DNA of 64,000 nucleotides from an uncultured Caldisericota bacterium (GTDB lineage: Bacteria > Caldisericota > Caldisericia > UBA6126): NCBI GenBank assembly GCA_964427915.1, contig CAYRWA010000058.1, positions 40,199 to 104,198 of the forward strand, read 5' to 3'. Positions 10,536 to 21,369 of this stretch are shown piece by piece (positions within the stretch are counted from its first letter, which is position 1; each line of letters begins with the position of its first letter). Made by a program: the position numbers and the translations under genes. The notes below the pieces were generated by a model. The model was given only the letters and a program-made list of their open reading frames with translations, was not told where the DNA came from and did not search any database.

Positions 10536-10728
10536 GAAAATGTACCTCAACGGCTAAATCTGGGCAATGCTCCTGGCACGATAAACATCCAATACAGGAC
10601 GGTAAATCTTCTACAAATACATATCCTGTGGAATCAATAGCAAAAACATTTTTTGGACAGATTTGTACACAAATACCGCAACGCTTGCAGCGTTTTTCGT
10701 TAATGACAACATCGCTTACTTTTTTCAA
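10528..10728 (-). CDS. 2-oxoacid:ferredoxin oxidoreductase, delta subunit (2x[4Fe-4S] ferredoxin)
   Basis: CKRCGICVQICP and CIGCLSCQEHCP. Confidence 0.8.
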   Translation of the reverse strand: MKKVSDVVINEKRCKRCGICVQICPKNVFAIDSTGYVFVEDLPSCIGCLSCQEHCPDLAVEVHFHE

Positions 10729-10768
10729 GATAGTTACCTGCTTTCACTTAAAGCATTCATTACGTTGA

Positions 10769-10798
10769 ACATTAAAAAAAACAATCCAGTTTTGTCAA
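10769..10798 (-). promoter_or_regulatory. Near-consensus promoter (TTGACA, 18 nt, TAATGT) for the oxidoreductase operon, overlapping the sbcC stop
   Basis: The minus strand reads aaaTTGACAaaactggattgtttttttTAATGTtc. Confidence 0.45.
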
Positions 10799-10799
10799 T

Positions 10800-13778
10800 T
10801 TAAAACAATGAAAATTGTGATGCATTTGCCTTTTTTTCTACAAATAAATGTTGATCAAAAGAATTTTTAAATTCGTTATTATGAGATATGACTATTATTT
10901 TTGGGAATTCTTTTTGGATTTTTAAAATGGTGTATATGATTTGGTGCTTACTTGAAGAATCCAAAGATCCAAAATCATTATCAATACACAAAAAAGACGA
11001 TTCAATGGCCTTGCTTTCATACAACAAACGAGACAAGGCGAGTCGAAATGCAATGTGTATACTAAATTGTTCTCCCTGGCTTAAATATGGAAATTCTATT
11101 ACATTGTTTGCATTTGAAATGGAAACAAAAATTCTGTAAAACTGTTCTGATGGTATGTCTTCTTCGTTTAGATGGATTTTGATCTGAAGAGATTTTTCTG
11201 AAATCCCTCGCAGGATTCTATTGACGTCTCTTTCAAGTAGGGGCAAAATTCTATAAAAGATGTAGGAAGGAAGATTTTCATTTGAAAAAACTTGTCGGCA
11301 ATATGTTACTATTTTAGACTTAGTGTTAATCTCTTGCAGTTCTTGTTGCGATTTCTCAAACTCTTTCTGGACTTCATACAAGATTTCCATGTCTCGTTCA
11401 TGCTTTGCAATTGTAACAATCAAATCTTCTTTTTCTTTTTGAAAGAATTCTTTTTCAGCATTACGTTCTTTCAATTTTTTTTCAGCTTCTTCAAGGTCGT
11501 TTCTTTGGTATGTAATTTTTTTAATACTTTCAACCAAGGAGGAAATATCTGAGTCTAATTGCTCGAGTTTTTTTTCAATGTCGTTTAAATGAGACAAAAT
11601 TCTGCTTTTTTCGTGAAGCTTTTCATCCATAATTCTTTTCTCAGTCTCAAAGTATTTTAATTGGTTAATTTTGTTTTTGACTGCTTCATGCTCTGGTACA
11701 CTATAGTGAATGGAGTAAAGCTTCATTTTCAGATCATTTATCTTTTTCCACTGATCGGTAGCATAATTCTTTGTTTCAATTCGTCGTTTGATGTCAATTA
11801 ATTCTTTGGTTACAGATGGAAGCTTTTGATCAGCTTCCAATGCTTTAGAAATCTGCCGATGGAGTTCGCTCAGATTATTTTCATGAACCGACTGGTTGGA
11901 CACAACATACATGGCGTCAACATATTGTTTGTCAATTGTTTTGAAACGACTCTTTAAATTGACAATTTTGTAAGAGGTTTTGTCAATTTCTTCTTCAATT
12001 TTAGATTCTTTGAGTTTAGCTCTGTAGTGATTTTCAGTTATTTTGCTTAGGGATGACTTGCATTCTTGTATCCGTAGATACAAATTTTGTAGTTCTTCTT
12101 CCTGATGAAAATCAGCAGAAAGAACAAGAATGTCGCTTTCAAGTGTTTCAATTTTTGTAGAGATTCGCTGAATTGTATTGGTGTTTTTTTCAAGAGTTGT
12201 TTCACGCATTTCAAGATCTCTACGATAGTTTAAAAGAATATCTGCTTCCTTATCTTTATTGAGTGGGGTTCCACATAAAGGACAACGATTTTCTGATTTA
12301 TTGGGAAGCTCCAGAAAACGAATTTTTTCTTTTAATTGAACCGCCATAGCAATAAATTTTTCATTTTGCGATTGTAGATTTTGCTTCTTATTTTTTTCAA
12401 TTTCAACATTGCTTTGAAGGAGCTTCACTTTCTCTTTGTTTTCACGGATTGTTTGAAGCTTCTTTTTAGTAGTTGTTTCTTTTTGTATTAGTTGTTCGTA
12501 ATCTGCTATTTGTTTAGAAATTGTATTGCATGTTTCAAGTAGTTCTATTTTTTCCTGTTTTAGCATCCCAATTTTCTCAGTTAAGGAAGAAATTTCATTT
12601 TGAATATCACTTTTCTCCTGCTCCAATTTCTCTATTTGATATCTTTTTTTCTCCATTTCTTTAAGCTTAGACTGTATATCGTGCATTCTTAAATTCAAGT
12701 CTGGTAAAACACTTTTTTCCTGCGAAAACTCTAGTTCTTTTTGTTCAAGTTCGTTACGTTTTACTTTTAATTCCATTTCTTCTTGTTCAATGCATCTTTG
12801 AATCTCATTCATCTGCACTTCAATACGTTGTCGTTGTTCCAAGTTTTCGTTAAAAACTTTATTTTGTTGAATCAAATCAAGTAACTGTTTGTAGCCGTTC
12901 TCAATCTCGTGTTGTAAGGAAACAGATTTTTGTATTTCACTAAGTGCATCAAGAAATTTTGTTTTTTCTTTCCGTTGGTCGTTTTGGTAGTTGCGCAGTT
13001 GATGTATCTGTTCCATAAGGTTTGATTTTTTATCCAACTGTTTTCGAATCGTTTCAATATCGATTTGAAGAGCCTCAACTGCAGTATTTGTTTTTTCAAT
13101 CTTGATTTCAAGTTGCTTTTTTGTGTCAATCTCTTCATCAAGAAGTTTTTGCAAAGCTTTTTTTTGTGTAAACTTATGCTTGTTTTGTTCAATATAGGCT
13201 TCTAGCACTTGTCTTCTCAGGTTGTAATGATCAAGGTCTTTTTGAGTTTGAATATAGGCATTTTCCAAGATGGGCAATCCCAAAAAGGAAGCTAGTTTTT
13301 CATATCTTTCGTGTTCCGAATATTCCAAAAACTCCTTTTGGTTTTGAAAAGAAGAGCTCATAATGGTAGTCATGAACAGACTGTTTGCATCCATTTTTAA
13401 AAGATTATTAATAGTACTTTGAGTTTTCAGGTCGTTTTCCTGTGTCAAATTTTTCCAATATGAACGCTTCTTTTCTTTAATTTCTATACTATTTTCAGCA
13501 GATGTTGTTCGGGTAATCTTGTAACAAACGCCTTGGTGCTGGAATGTAAACTCTGTGTAGGCAGTTTTTTCTTGAAAGTGAACAAGGGAATCAATACGTT
13601 GCTTCTTAGTAGATGTTCTTGTTAGTCCATAAAGGGAGAACATGATCGCATCTAGAAGACAACTTTTACCAGCTCCGTTGTCTCCAGTAATAATCATAGA
13701 AGACATATGTCGTAGATGTAACTGATGAGTTCCTTTGTAGGAAAGAAAATTGTGAAGTGTTATTTCGAGAGGGTTCAT
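10800..13778 (-). CDS. sbcC: SbcC/Rad50-like exonuclease ATPase subunit
   Basis: Walker A GDNGAGKSCLLDA, long coiled coil, zinc hook CPLCGTPL, and a C-terminal ABC signature/D-loop region. Confidence 0.85.
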   Translation of the reverse strand: MNPLEITLHNFLSYKGTHQLHLRHMSSMIITGDNGAGKSCLLDAIMFSLYGLTRTSTKKQRIDSLVHFQEKTAYTEFTFQHQGVCYKITRTTSAENSIEIKEKKRSYWKNLTQENDLKTQSTINNLLKMDANSLFMTTIMSSSFQNQKEFLEYSEHERYEKLASFLGLPILENAYIQTQKDLDHYNLRRQVLEAYIEQNKHKFTQKKALQKLLDEEIDTKKQLEIKIEKTNTAVEALQIDIETIRKQLDKKSNLMEQIHQLRNYQNDQRKEKTKFLDALSEIQKSVSLQHEIENGYKQLLDLIQQNKVFNENLEQRQRIEVQMNEIQRCIEQEEMELKVKRNELEQKELEFSQEKSVLPDLNLRMHDIQSKLKEMEKKRYQIEKLEQEKSDIQNEISSLTEKIGMLKQEKIELLETCNTISKQIADYEQLIQKETTTKKKLQTIRENKEKVKLLQSNVEIEKNKKQNLQSQNEKFIAMAVQLKEKIRFLELPNKSENRCPLCGTPLNKDKEADILLNYRRDLEMRETTLEKNTNTIQRISTKIETLESDILVLSADFHQEEELQNLYLRIQECKSSLSKITENHYRAKLKESKIEEEIDKTSYKIVNLKSRFKTIDKQYVDAMYVVSNQSVHENNLSELHRQISKALEADQKLPSVTKELIDIKRRIETKNYATDQWKKINDLKMKLYSIHYSVPEHEAVKNKINQLKYFETEKRIMDEKLHEKSRILSHLNDIEKKLEQLDSDISSLVESIKKITYQRNDLEEAEKKLKERNAEKEFFQKEKEDLIVTIAKHERDMEILYEVQKEFEKSQQELQEINTKSKIVTYCRQVFSNENLPSYIFYRILPLLERDVNRILRGISEKSLQIKIHLNEEDIPSEQFYRIFVSISNANNVIEFPYLSQGEQFSIHIAFRLALSRLLYESKAIESSFLCIDNDFGSLDSSSKHQIIYTILKIQKEFPKIIVISHNNEFKNSFDQHLFVEKKANASQFSLF

Positions 13779-14941
13779 GTTGAAAACTCTTTATTGATGT
13801 AGGATAAACAATTGTTTTCAATGTTTTCTTCAAGATCTTCTGGAAAAGACAAACGCTTCTCTTCAAAAAAAATGTCAATGTATTTTCTGACAGGAAGTAT
13901 CTCTTCATCACCTACATAACACAAACGTTTGCCCTGCTGCTCGATGCTATGAATATGAAAACAATGATCTTCGAAGTGTTTGTGGATTTTTGATAAAGAC
14001 AGATTTGCATCTGTATGTAAAACAATTCTTGTGATATGCTCCCGATAATCGTTTAGTAAAAACTCTTCATTTAGCTTTTCGATCGCTTCTTTTTCTGAAT
14101 TGACATAAACTCGGATAAGCGCAGTTGGCCTCTGCTTTGAATTGTGTATGAACTGGGGAGGATTTGATGGTTGCTGTGTATCCATTACAAGAAACCCTCT
14201 TTCAATTGTAGAGTCTGCATACTCAAATTCACCAAGAGATCCTGCGTATCCTACCCATGAAATCGTATTGTTCGATATTTTTTCCACTTTTTTAAAGGGT
14301 TGTCCGCTAAAAGCAAAATATTGAAACGGTAGAGTCTTTAGGTATTTAGGATTGAATACAGGTAAATCGGGTACTAGGAAAAAAGGTTCTAAAAATGATA
14401 GGGAAGCCTGCATTAAAAGCAATGAAAACGACCCAGGTTCAATCTTTGGTAGGAGCTTAGCAATACGCTTTTTTCCAATTTCACTATGGGAAAACTCGTC
14501 AGTTGTTTCAGCAGCGAAACTATTTTGATATGGTATTGCTATAATCTGGACAATCTCCTGGTTCTTTTTAAGAACAACGCATTCGTCCTTTTGAACAATG
14601 TGGGTAGTTTTGTAAGGAAGGGATTGCAATAATGTAAGAAAGGAATAGTCTTGGGTTGGTTGATCGTATTTTCCCTTCAGAACAACTGTATCAATATTGG
14701 ATTCTGAAAGCTCCTTGATTTGTTCAAGGATGATTGATTGAAGATAATCACCAGGAAGGGAAGAAAAGAATAGGTTGCCCATGATAAGAACCACATCTAC
14801 TTGATTGGATTTTGCATACTTTGTGATACAAGAAATATATCTTTTATAGTCATGGATTTGAGAAAAAAGATAAGGAGATGCTTCTTTTTTTCCCATGTTC
14901 TGTATTCCTAGAAAATAATCCCCTGTTTGAAGAATTTTCAT
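13775..14941 (-). CDS. sbcD: SbcD/Mre11-like nuclease
   Basis: Calcineurin-like N-terminus (VDVVLIMGNLF); 4-nt overlaps with sbcC and minE. Confidence 0.8.
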   Translation of the reverse strand: MKILQTGDYFLGIQNMGKKEASPYLFSQIHDYKRYISCITKYAKSNQVDVVLIMGNLFFSSLPGDYLQSIILEQIKELSESNIDTVVLKGKYDQPTQDYSFLTLLQSLPYKTTHIVQKDECVVLKKNQEIVQIIAIPYQNSFAAETTDEFSHSEIGKKRIAKLLPKIEPGSFSLLLMQASLSFLEPFFLVPDLPVFNPKYLKTLPFQYFAFSGQPFKKVEKISNNTISWVGYAGSLGEFEYADSTIERGFLVMDTQQPSNPPQFIHNSKQRPTALIRVYVNSEKEAIEKLNEEFLLNDYREHITRIVLHTDANLSLSKIHKHFEDHCFHIHSIEQQGKRLCYVGDEEILPVRKYIDIFFEEKRLSFPEDLEENIENNCLSYINKEFST

Positions 14942-15171
14942 TGTTCTTTGTCGAGTTCGCTTTTCTTTATCGGCATATCGGCAGTTAACTCATAGGAACT
15001 TTGAAAGTTTGTTCGTACAATACGAATATGCAATTTACGTTTATCAATGGGAAAATACTGTCCTAAAACTGTAGCTAGTTTTTTTCGAAGATCTCTTTCA
15101 CTCTGAGGGGATAAAACTTTTCTATCTTCATCCAAGATTCGTTTTAAGCGGTCTGTTAATTTTGAAGTCAT
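14938..15171 (-). CDS. minE: Cell division topological specificity factor MinE
   Basis: 77 aa immediately downstream of minD. Confidence 0.75.
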   Translation of the reverse strand: MTSKLTDRLKRILDEDRKVLSPQSERDLRKKLATVLGQYFPIDKRKLHIRIVRTNFQSSYELTADMPIKKSELDKEQ

Positions 15172-15180
15172 GTTTTCTCC

Positions 15181-15978
15181 TTATACAGAATTCTTTTTCA
15201 TTTTTTCCCATATTGATTTAGTAGGGGGTGAATTGTTCTTGATCGTTTTCTTTTTACCAACAATTTTGTCTACTACTTCTTTGATCTCATTTGAAACTGC
15301 AAAATTACTTTGATACACAAAAGGTACGCCAGAATTATTTTGTCGTAGAATCCTTTCATCTTCCGAGATAACTCCAATACATGGAACGCTTAAAAGAGAG
15401 ATGATTTCTTCTGCAGAAATATAATAGCTTCGACGACTCAATTCTTTACGATACCGGTTAATGAGTAAAAAAATATCTTTTTTGATGCGATGATTTTCAA
15501 GCAAGGCCAATACCCTATCTGCATCACGTATAGATGATATTTCAGGATTCACGACTACAATTGCTTTTTTTGCAAAAAAGATCGATTTATTAAAACCTTC
15601 TTCAATGCCAGCTGGGGAATCAACAATGATATAATCAAAGGAATCTTCAAGGTCGGTAAGGACTTTGTGAAATTTAAAGAGATTGACATCTTTTTTCAAA
15701 TCACTTTGGGAGGCAGCTATAAGGGCTAAATAATTGTGTGTTCTTTTGTCAAAAACCAATGCATCTTCTAAGGAGCACAAGTTTTTTGTAAGGTCGACAA
15801 CATTGGCCTTGACCTTGCGTTCAAGACCTATAATCATGTCTAAATTTCGCAAACCGATATCCATATCAATGATTACTACTCTTTTCTTTTTAAGAGCAAT
15901 GCCAGTTCCAATATTTGCGACCAATGTTGATTTACCTACACCTCCTTTGCCAGAGGTGAAAACAATTATTTGTCCCAT
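15181..15978 (-). CDS. minD: Septum site-determining ATPase MinD
   Basis: Deviant Walker A SGKGGVGKST. Confidence 0.9.
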   Translation of the reverse strand: MGQIIVFTSGKGGVGKSTLVANIGTGIALKKKRVVIIDMDIGLRNLDMIIGLERKVKANVVDLTKNLCSLEDALVFDKRTHNYLALIAASQSDLKKDVNLFKFHKVLTDLEDSFDYIIVDSPAGIEEGFNKSIFFAKKAIVVVNPEISSIRDADRVLALLENHRIKKDIFLLINRYRKELSRRSYYISAEEIISLLSVPCIGVISEDERILRQNNSGVPFVYQSNFAVSNEIKEVVDKIVGKKKTIKNNSPPTKSIWEKMKKNSV

Positions 15979-15979
15979 A

Positions 15980-16684
15980 TTAATCCTGTGTGATTTTTAT
16001 GATACTCACTTCTCCTTCATTATAATAAATGTAAACAGGTATGGAAATAGATCCAAACGTTGAAATTGTATTTTCAAGAGACTGATTTGCTGCAATAATT
16101 CGCATCGCTTTCATTTCTTGGCAAGCCAAAAGAGCTTGTTTGCAATGAGGATGTGTACAAAAGCCTACTTCCCCTTTGATTGTACCAAAAACGTACAGGG
16201 ATTTTCCAGCAATAACTTTTGCACCCGAATGTACATCTCCAAAGATGATCACGTTACCTGGAGACTGGACGACAACGCCTGCTCGAACATTTTTTCCAAT
16301 AACGAGAAACTCATTAGGATTGGAGGAGTCTACAGAACTATCCTGGTTTGAAGAAAGGATAGCTGCTGTACCTTGGTTGTTGGTTGAAGAAGACTGTATA
16401 GAGGCATCAAGGGGAGTTTCTCTGTAGGTATGAACAGGTTTTTGGATTAAGTAGTCAAACATTTTACGTACCATACCACCTTCGTCTTCTGTTAACTCTC
16501 GATCAAAACCAGTAGCATAAAGATCAACATTGGAACCAAAAAAGTCTTTCTTCTTTTTGTAGATGGATACTGCTTTTCGGATGACTTTATCGAACTCATA
16601 TTCATGGAGCATCAATGACATGAGGATGCCTTCAGAAAACCCTTTAAAGCTTACAACAGAGTCCGGTGTTCTTTTTGAGGGCAA
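15980..16684 (-). CDS. minC: Septum site-determining protein MinC
   Basis: C-terminal beta-helix repeats GNVIIFGDVHSGAKVIAGKSLYVFG. Confidence 0.8.
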   Translation of the reverse strand: MPSKRTPDSVVSFKGFSEGILMSLMLHEYEFDKVIRKAVSIYKKKKDFFGSNVDLYATGFDRELTEDEGGMVRKMFDYLIQKPVHTYRETPLDASIQSSSTNNQGTAAILSSNQDSSVDSSNPNEFLVIGKNVRAGVVVQSPGNVIIFGDVHSGAKVIAGKSLYVFGTIKGEVGFCTHPHCKQALLACQEMKAMRIIAANQSLENTISTFGSISIPVYIYYNEGEVSIIKITQD

Positions 16685-16700
16685 TTTATTTCACCTCCGC

Positions 16701-18503
16701 TTAGTAAAGTTCATCATAGTATAGTATAAAATCTTTCAAAAAAGGAGCTAGCTCACTTGCAAATTCAAAAGATGAGTTCTCAAACATAAGGAATGCAACT
16801 CGATTTGGTTTTTCATATGGAAAAACTGCTCCCATCCATAAATGTTGCTGTGTATCTCTTTGCCCTTCCACTAGGGCAGTTCCTGTTTTGGCTGCAATTT
16901 TCAAGGAAGGTATCCGCAATCCTGTAGCTGTTCCGGGATATTGTGTAGTTTTGTACATACCTTCTAAAACAATATCGTAATACTCTTTTGAAATCATGTA
17001 TTTCGGCGAAGTCTCTGCATCGGGGGTTGTGTGCAAATCAAAAAAACTGCTTCCGGAAAACGTCTTTTTTAACAAGTGTGGTGTTACGTCTTTACCATAT
17101 GAAGCAATTTTAGCATATAATCTAGTCATTTGAAGAGGAGTTACTGTTAATAATCCTTGCCCAATTCCTAAATTCATGCTATCTCCATTATACCAAGGAA
17201 TTCCTTTGAATTTGGTTTTCCATTCGGGAGTTCCCAAGAAGCCACTTTCTTCATATGTAAGATCAATGTAAGTTTTTTTTGAAAGCTTCCCATATTGCAC
17301 GGAAAAATCCACAAAATGGTCTATGTTAAAACGATCAGCTAATTTGTAAAAGAATACATCGCACGATACTTGAATTGCTTTGGTAAGCGCAATAAACCCA
17401 TGAGAGGATGGATATACCCAGCACTGGTATTTGTCTTTTTGCCCTGGTATTTGGAGAGAGCCCTCACAAAGTAGTTCTTCAGTAGAAGTTATTACTTCTT
17501 CTGACAAGCCATACAAGGCAACAAACGGTTTGAAAGTGGAACCAGGAGGATACTGACCCATGCTAGCAATATTAAAAAAGGAACGGTTTTCAATCCATTG
17601 ATTCCATTTTTCAAGAGGTCTTGGTCCTGAAAAAAAGTTTGGGTCGAAGCCAGGGTTTGAAGCACATGTCAGGATTTCTCCCGAAGCAATGTCCATTAAA
17701 ATCAAACACCCTCTATGGCCCTTTAAGACTTCTTCAGCCTTCTTTTGCAGTTCGATATCTATTGTTAAGTAAATATCTTCTCCTTTTACTATCTCTTTTT
17801 CAATCTCTTCTTTTTGAACTGATCCTAGTACGTTTATGGTTTGTTTATTAATGCCGGGATAGCCGTGCAATAGATCTTCATAATATCTTTCAACTCCCGT
17901 TTGTCCAATTCTTTCATTGGGTTTATATCGTACCAGTTTGGGATTTTGCAAATCTTCTTTTGTAACCATTCCGGTATATCCTATCACATGACAAAGAGAT
18001 GTATTGAAAGGGTAGAATCGCCGGAACCCTTCTTTAATAAAAATTCCTTTGAGCTTGAATGCGTTTTCTTCAATACGGACTTTTTCTTCATACGATAAGT
18101 TTTCTTTCAATAGAACCTCAGAGTAGGAGAATAGTTCTTGAATGGTGGTGATCGTTTTTTCTTTGGACAAACCTATGTGCTGATCTAAAAGTTCTGCGAG
18201 ATAGTCTATATCAGCAATTTCATGAGGAGAAGCATACAAGTGATAGGTTGGTACGTCTTTTGCTAGGGTCTTTCCATTTCGATCGTATATTGTACCTCTA
18301 GGACATTCTAGGGCAATAGTACGAGTATAGTTGTTTATCGCTAAGTGGCTGAATTTATCTTGCTGGTAGGTCTGTATTTGAAATATTCTAAGAAGGATGA
18401 AGATAAAGACAATAAAGACTAACGCTAAAAAAAGAACAATTTTAAATGGGTGGATATCTTTGGAGATGTTTTTCTGAAAAGAATATCCTGGCACCATTTT
18501 CAT
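16701..18503 (-). CDS. mrdA: Penicillin-binding protein 2 (elongasome transpeptidase)
   Basis: N-terminal TM, PGSTFKP (SxxK), SxN and KTG-like motifs; sits in the mreBCD context. Confidence 0.85.
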   Translation of the reverse strand: MKMVPGYSFQKNISKDIHPFKIVLFLALVFIVFIFILLRIFQIQTYQQDKFSHLAINNYTRTIALECPRGTIYDRNGKTLAKDVPTYHLYASPHEIADIDYLAELLDQHIGLSKEKTITTIQELFSYSEVLLKENLSYEEKVRIEENAFKLKGIFIKEGFRRFYPFNTSLCHVIGYTGMVTKEDLQNPKLVRYKPNERIGQTGVERYYEDLLHGYPGINKQTINVLGSVQKEEIEKEIVKGEDIYLTIDIELQKKAEEVLKGHRGCLILMDIASGEILTCASNPGFDPNFFSGPRPLEKWNQWIENRSFFNIASMGQYPPGSTFKPFVALYGLSEEVITSTEELLCEGSLQIPGQKDKYQCWVYPSSHGFIALTKAIQVSCDVFFYKLADRFNIDHFVDFSVQYGKLSKKTYIDLTYEESGFLGTPEWKTKFKGIPWYNGDSMNLGIGQGLLTVTPLQMTRLYAKIASYGKDVTPHLLKKTFSGSSFFDLHTTPDAETSPKYMISKEYYDIVLEGMYKTTQYPGTATGLRIPSLKIAAKTGTALVEGQRDTQQHLWMGAVFPYEKPNRVAFLMFENSSFEFASELAPFLKDFILYYDELY

Positions 18504-18979
18504 AGTAAAGCTTTGTGGTTTCGGTGTACGGATGGATGCTTCTTATGGAGCATTTGTAAAAATGGGTACATTCCCGCAAAAAAGAGAACTGTTTGGGCTA
18601 TCATTGATTGGAGAAAAGAAATATCAATTAAACGCGATAGAAGTAGCAAATAGAGTGGATACAATAGAAACAACACAACAACCAATACGATGGATATATG
18701 AATTTGAAAAAAGGCTCTTAAAAGAAGAACAAAGAGGATAAAAAACAAGTAGGACAAAACGATGAGCAACAACAAAGATGATGGTAAAAAGCTTGCCTTG
18801 ATCAACAGGAAGGGAGTAGAGATATAGAGGGAGGTAGTATCAAAGATTAAAAGCCCTCCTATGCAAGAAATGATGGACAAATCAATCCAATAATGAAAAG
18901 ATTGCGTAAAAGAAGGGAAAAAAAACAAGTCCAGCACAACACAAAGAAGCTGAAGTAGGGCAAAAATAAAAAGGATCAT
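18500..18979 (-). CDS. mreD: Rod shape-determining protein MreD
   Basis: Polytopic hydrophobic 159 aa between mreC and mrdA. Confidence 0.7.
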   Translation of the reverse strand: MILFIFALLQLLCVVLDLFFFPSFTQSFHYWIDLSIISCIGGLLIFDTTSLYISTPFLLIKASFLPSSLLLLIVLSYLFFILFVLLLRAFFQIHISIVLVVVLFLLYPLYLLLLSRLIDISFLQSMIAQTVLFFAGMYPFLQMLHKKHPSVHRNHKALL

Positions 18980-19797
18980 TGGATGGCAAAAACTTCTGTT
19001 AGTTCATGTACATCGATAGATGGTTTCACAATGGCAATAGTATGGATGGAAGAAGAAGGTTCTACTCGATCCACGATACCAACAATTAAATTGTTTGGTA
19101 GTGAAGAGTAATTACTCACAACAACAACATCGCCTGATTGAAAATCCTGGGATTGGTAGAACTTGACAAAAAGTTGGTTTAGATCGTTGTCAAAAGAAAT
19201 TGTACCAATTGTGTTGTTGCGAACATTCCGAATACTTATGTGAGATGTTTCGTCGAAAAGAGATAAAACATCGGATTCGTAGAAACCTACTCGAGAAATC
19301 CTACCAATCAACTGCAAACGAGTTTTTGAGGATGATACGTAAATGGGACTAACAATAGCACTATTCTCTAGTAAGTCCTGATGAGTACCTGCATTGATAG
19401 TAAAATTCATAGGGTTCGTTGGATCGCGTAGTAGAATATGGCAGGGAAGCAATTTTTCATACTCCTGGGATATTCGGAACAAGGAAGAGAGTCTTTGGTT
19501 TTCTTCTTGAATTGCATCGCGTATGGCAATTTCGCTGTGTAATTTTTCATTTTGAACACGTAATTCAACTAGCTCCTTGTTAATTGACGGATATTCTGTG
19601 ATTGTTGAAAAAAAAGAACCTATAGCATTCGCTGTCTTTGAAAAGGTTGTGCCTATTGGGATAAGAATTGTTCTGGAGAAAGAATGTGTTACACGTGAAA
19701 AGGAACTTGATAAGTGAAGCGACCAGAAAACACCAAAAAAAAGGAAAAGAATGGTGCTGAATAAAAGTATGAGCCATCTTTTTTTTGGAGTAGCCAT
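18976..19797 (-). CDS. mreC: Rod shape-determining protein MreC
   Basis: N-terminal TM plus coiled coil, then a beta-rich C-terminus; gene order mreB-mreC-mreD. Confidence 0.8.
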   Translation of the reverse strand: MATPKKRWLILLFSTILFLFFGVFWSLHLSSSFSRVTHSFSRTILIPIGTTFSKTANAIGSFFSTITEYPSINKELVELRVQNEKLHSEIAIRDAIQEENQRLSSLFRISQEYEKLLPCHILLRDPTNPMNFTINAGTHQDLLENSAIVSPIYVSSSKTRLQLIGRISRVGFYESDVLSLFDETSHISIRNVRNNTIGTISFDNDLNQLFVKFYQSQDFQSGDVVVVSNYSSLPNNLIVGIVDRVEPSSSIHTIAIVKPSIDVHELTEVFAIQ

Positions 19798-19800
19798 TGG

Positions 19801-20838
19801 TTAGCGATAATATTTTACTTTGAGAAGAAGCGGCATAAGCTTTTCAAGATTTTCTACAATTTTGCCAGCTCCAAGGGCAACACATAATACAGGATTTTCT
19901 GCATTGGAAACCAATATGCCGGTACCTTCTGATATATAGCGAGCCATTCCTCGAATCAGGGATCCTCCACCAGCTAAAAAAATCCCTCGATCAATAATAT
20001 CAGCTGCAAGATCGGGTGGAGTAATCTCTAAAGTTGCTTTTAATGCTTCCATAATACTTATCAGTACGTCATTGAGAGCAATACGAGTTTCCTCAGATGT
20101 AATAGTGACAGTTTTAGGTAAACCTGTTATTAAGTCTCTTCCTTTAATTTCAGCAGATGTGATATCGTCACTGGGATAGGCTGTGCCGATCTCAATTTTG
20201 ATCTCTTCAGCTGTATATATCCCTACTAGTAAATTGTATTGTCTTTTTAGATATTGCAATATCGCTTCATTCATTTCATCACCAGCAATACGAATGGAGT
20301 TCTTTGCAACAATTCCATTTAGTGAAACAACAGCTACTTCACACGTACCACCGCCAATATCAACAATCATATTACCCGTAGGCTCATTTACAGGGAGATT
20401 TGCTCCTAGAGAAGCTGCCATAGGTTCTTGAACCAAACCAACATATTTTGCTCCAGCTTGGTACCCAGCTTCTATGACTGCTCGCATTTCTACTTCGGTA
20501 ATTCCCGAGGGTATTCCAATGACAAGTCTTGGTCGGATCTTGCCTAAAAGACCCTTTCGAGCGCCTACTTTTTGAATGAGATACTCAATAAGTTTTTGTG
20601 TTACTTCAAAGTTAGCAATTACACCATCTTTTAATGGACGGATGATTTGAATAGCTTCTGGCACTCTTCCAGCCATTCTTTTAGCTTCGTTTCCGATAGC
20701 GATAATTTCTCCCGTATCTCTTTGTACGGCAACAATGGATGGTTCGCGTAACATAATTCCTTTGCCAGCTATGTATACAAGTGTATTTGCTGTTCCAAGA
20801 TCAATAGCAATATCTTTACCAAAATGACCAAATATCAT
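19801..20838 (-). CDS. mreB: Actin-like rod-shape protein MreB
   Basis: DIGTANTLVY, LVIGIPSG and GGGT motifs. Confidence 0.9.
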   Translation of the reverse strand: MIFGHFGKDIAIDLGTANTLVYIAGKGIMLREPSIVAVQRDTGEIIAIGNEAKRMAGRVPEAIQIIRPLKDGVIANFEVTQKLIEYLIQKVGARKGLLGKIRPRLVIGIPSGITEVEMRAVIEAGYQAGAKYVGLVQEPMAASLGANLPVNEPTGNMIVDIGGGTCEVAVVSLNGIVAKNSIRIAGDEMNEAILQYLKRQYNLLVGIYTAEEIKIEIGTAYPSDDITSAEIKGRDLITGLPKTVTITSEETRIALNDVLISIMEALKATLEITPPDLAADIIDRGIFLAGGGSLIRGMARYISEGTGILVSNAENPVLCVALGAGKIVENLEKLMPLLLKVKYYR

Positions 20839-20859
20839 GTTTCACTCCATATATAAAGT

Positions 20860-21369
20860 TTATGTCACAGGTTGTTGTATCTTTGGTAACGATAATGTAA
20901 CAATCCACCCTGTGATTAAGCCACCAAAAAAACCAGAAATTATCAGTAATGGTACATAGTATAGTAAATATTTGTTAGGAATAAAAACAAGAACAACAAT
21001 TAGTTGACCAATATTGTGTGCAATAGCACCTGCAATGCTTATGATAACAATATTTTGCGAACGAATAGCATAGACTACTCCCATGCAAAGTAGGCTAAGA
21101 ACTACTCCACCTAGGGATATACATATAGTAATAATAGTAATCGAAGGCTCAAACAAAGCAGAAAGAAGAACTCTAGTTAAAGCAAGAAACGCCGCATCCT
21201 GGAAACTACACAAGTACATGCAGAACAAAACAACAACATTAGCGATGCCTGGCTTTATCATATACCCACCGACGGGAATAGAGATATAGATTTCAAGAAA
21301 ATGAAGAATGATTCCTATACCAAGTAATAAAGCGAAAATTGTTAGTTTACGGACAGTGATTTTCTGCAT
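20860..21369 (-). CDS. Small polytopic membrane protein of the 'heptaprenyl diphosphate synthase component I'-like family (FmnA-like putative flavin exporter)
   Basis: About 5 TM, 169 aa, family-like pattern, and it lies directly downstream of apbE. The family assignment comes from memory and context, not from a search. Confidence 0.45.
   Translation of the reverse strand: MQKITVRKLTIFALLLGIGIILHFLEIYISIPVGGYMIKPGIANVVVLFCMYLCSFQDAAFLALTRVLLSALFEPSITIITICISLGGVVLSLLCMGVVYAIRSQNIVIISIAGAIAHNIGQLIVVLVFIPNKYLLYYVPLLIISGFFGGLITGWIVTLSLPKIQQPVT

Noticed and set aside
11292-13192. ORFs 11292..11552(+) and 12872..13192(-) inside sbcC, and 29065..29490(+) inside rnfC
   Set aside because: They are antisense or alternate-frame shadows of long, well-supported genes; in sbcC they arise from the AAG/GAA-rich coiled coil.
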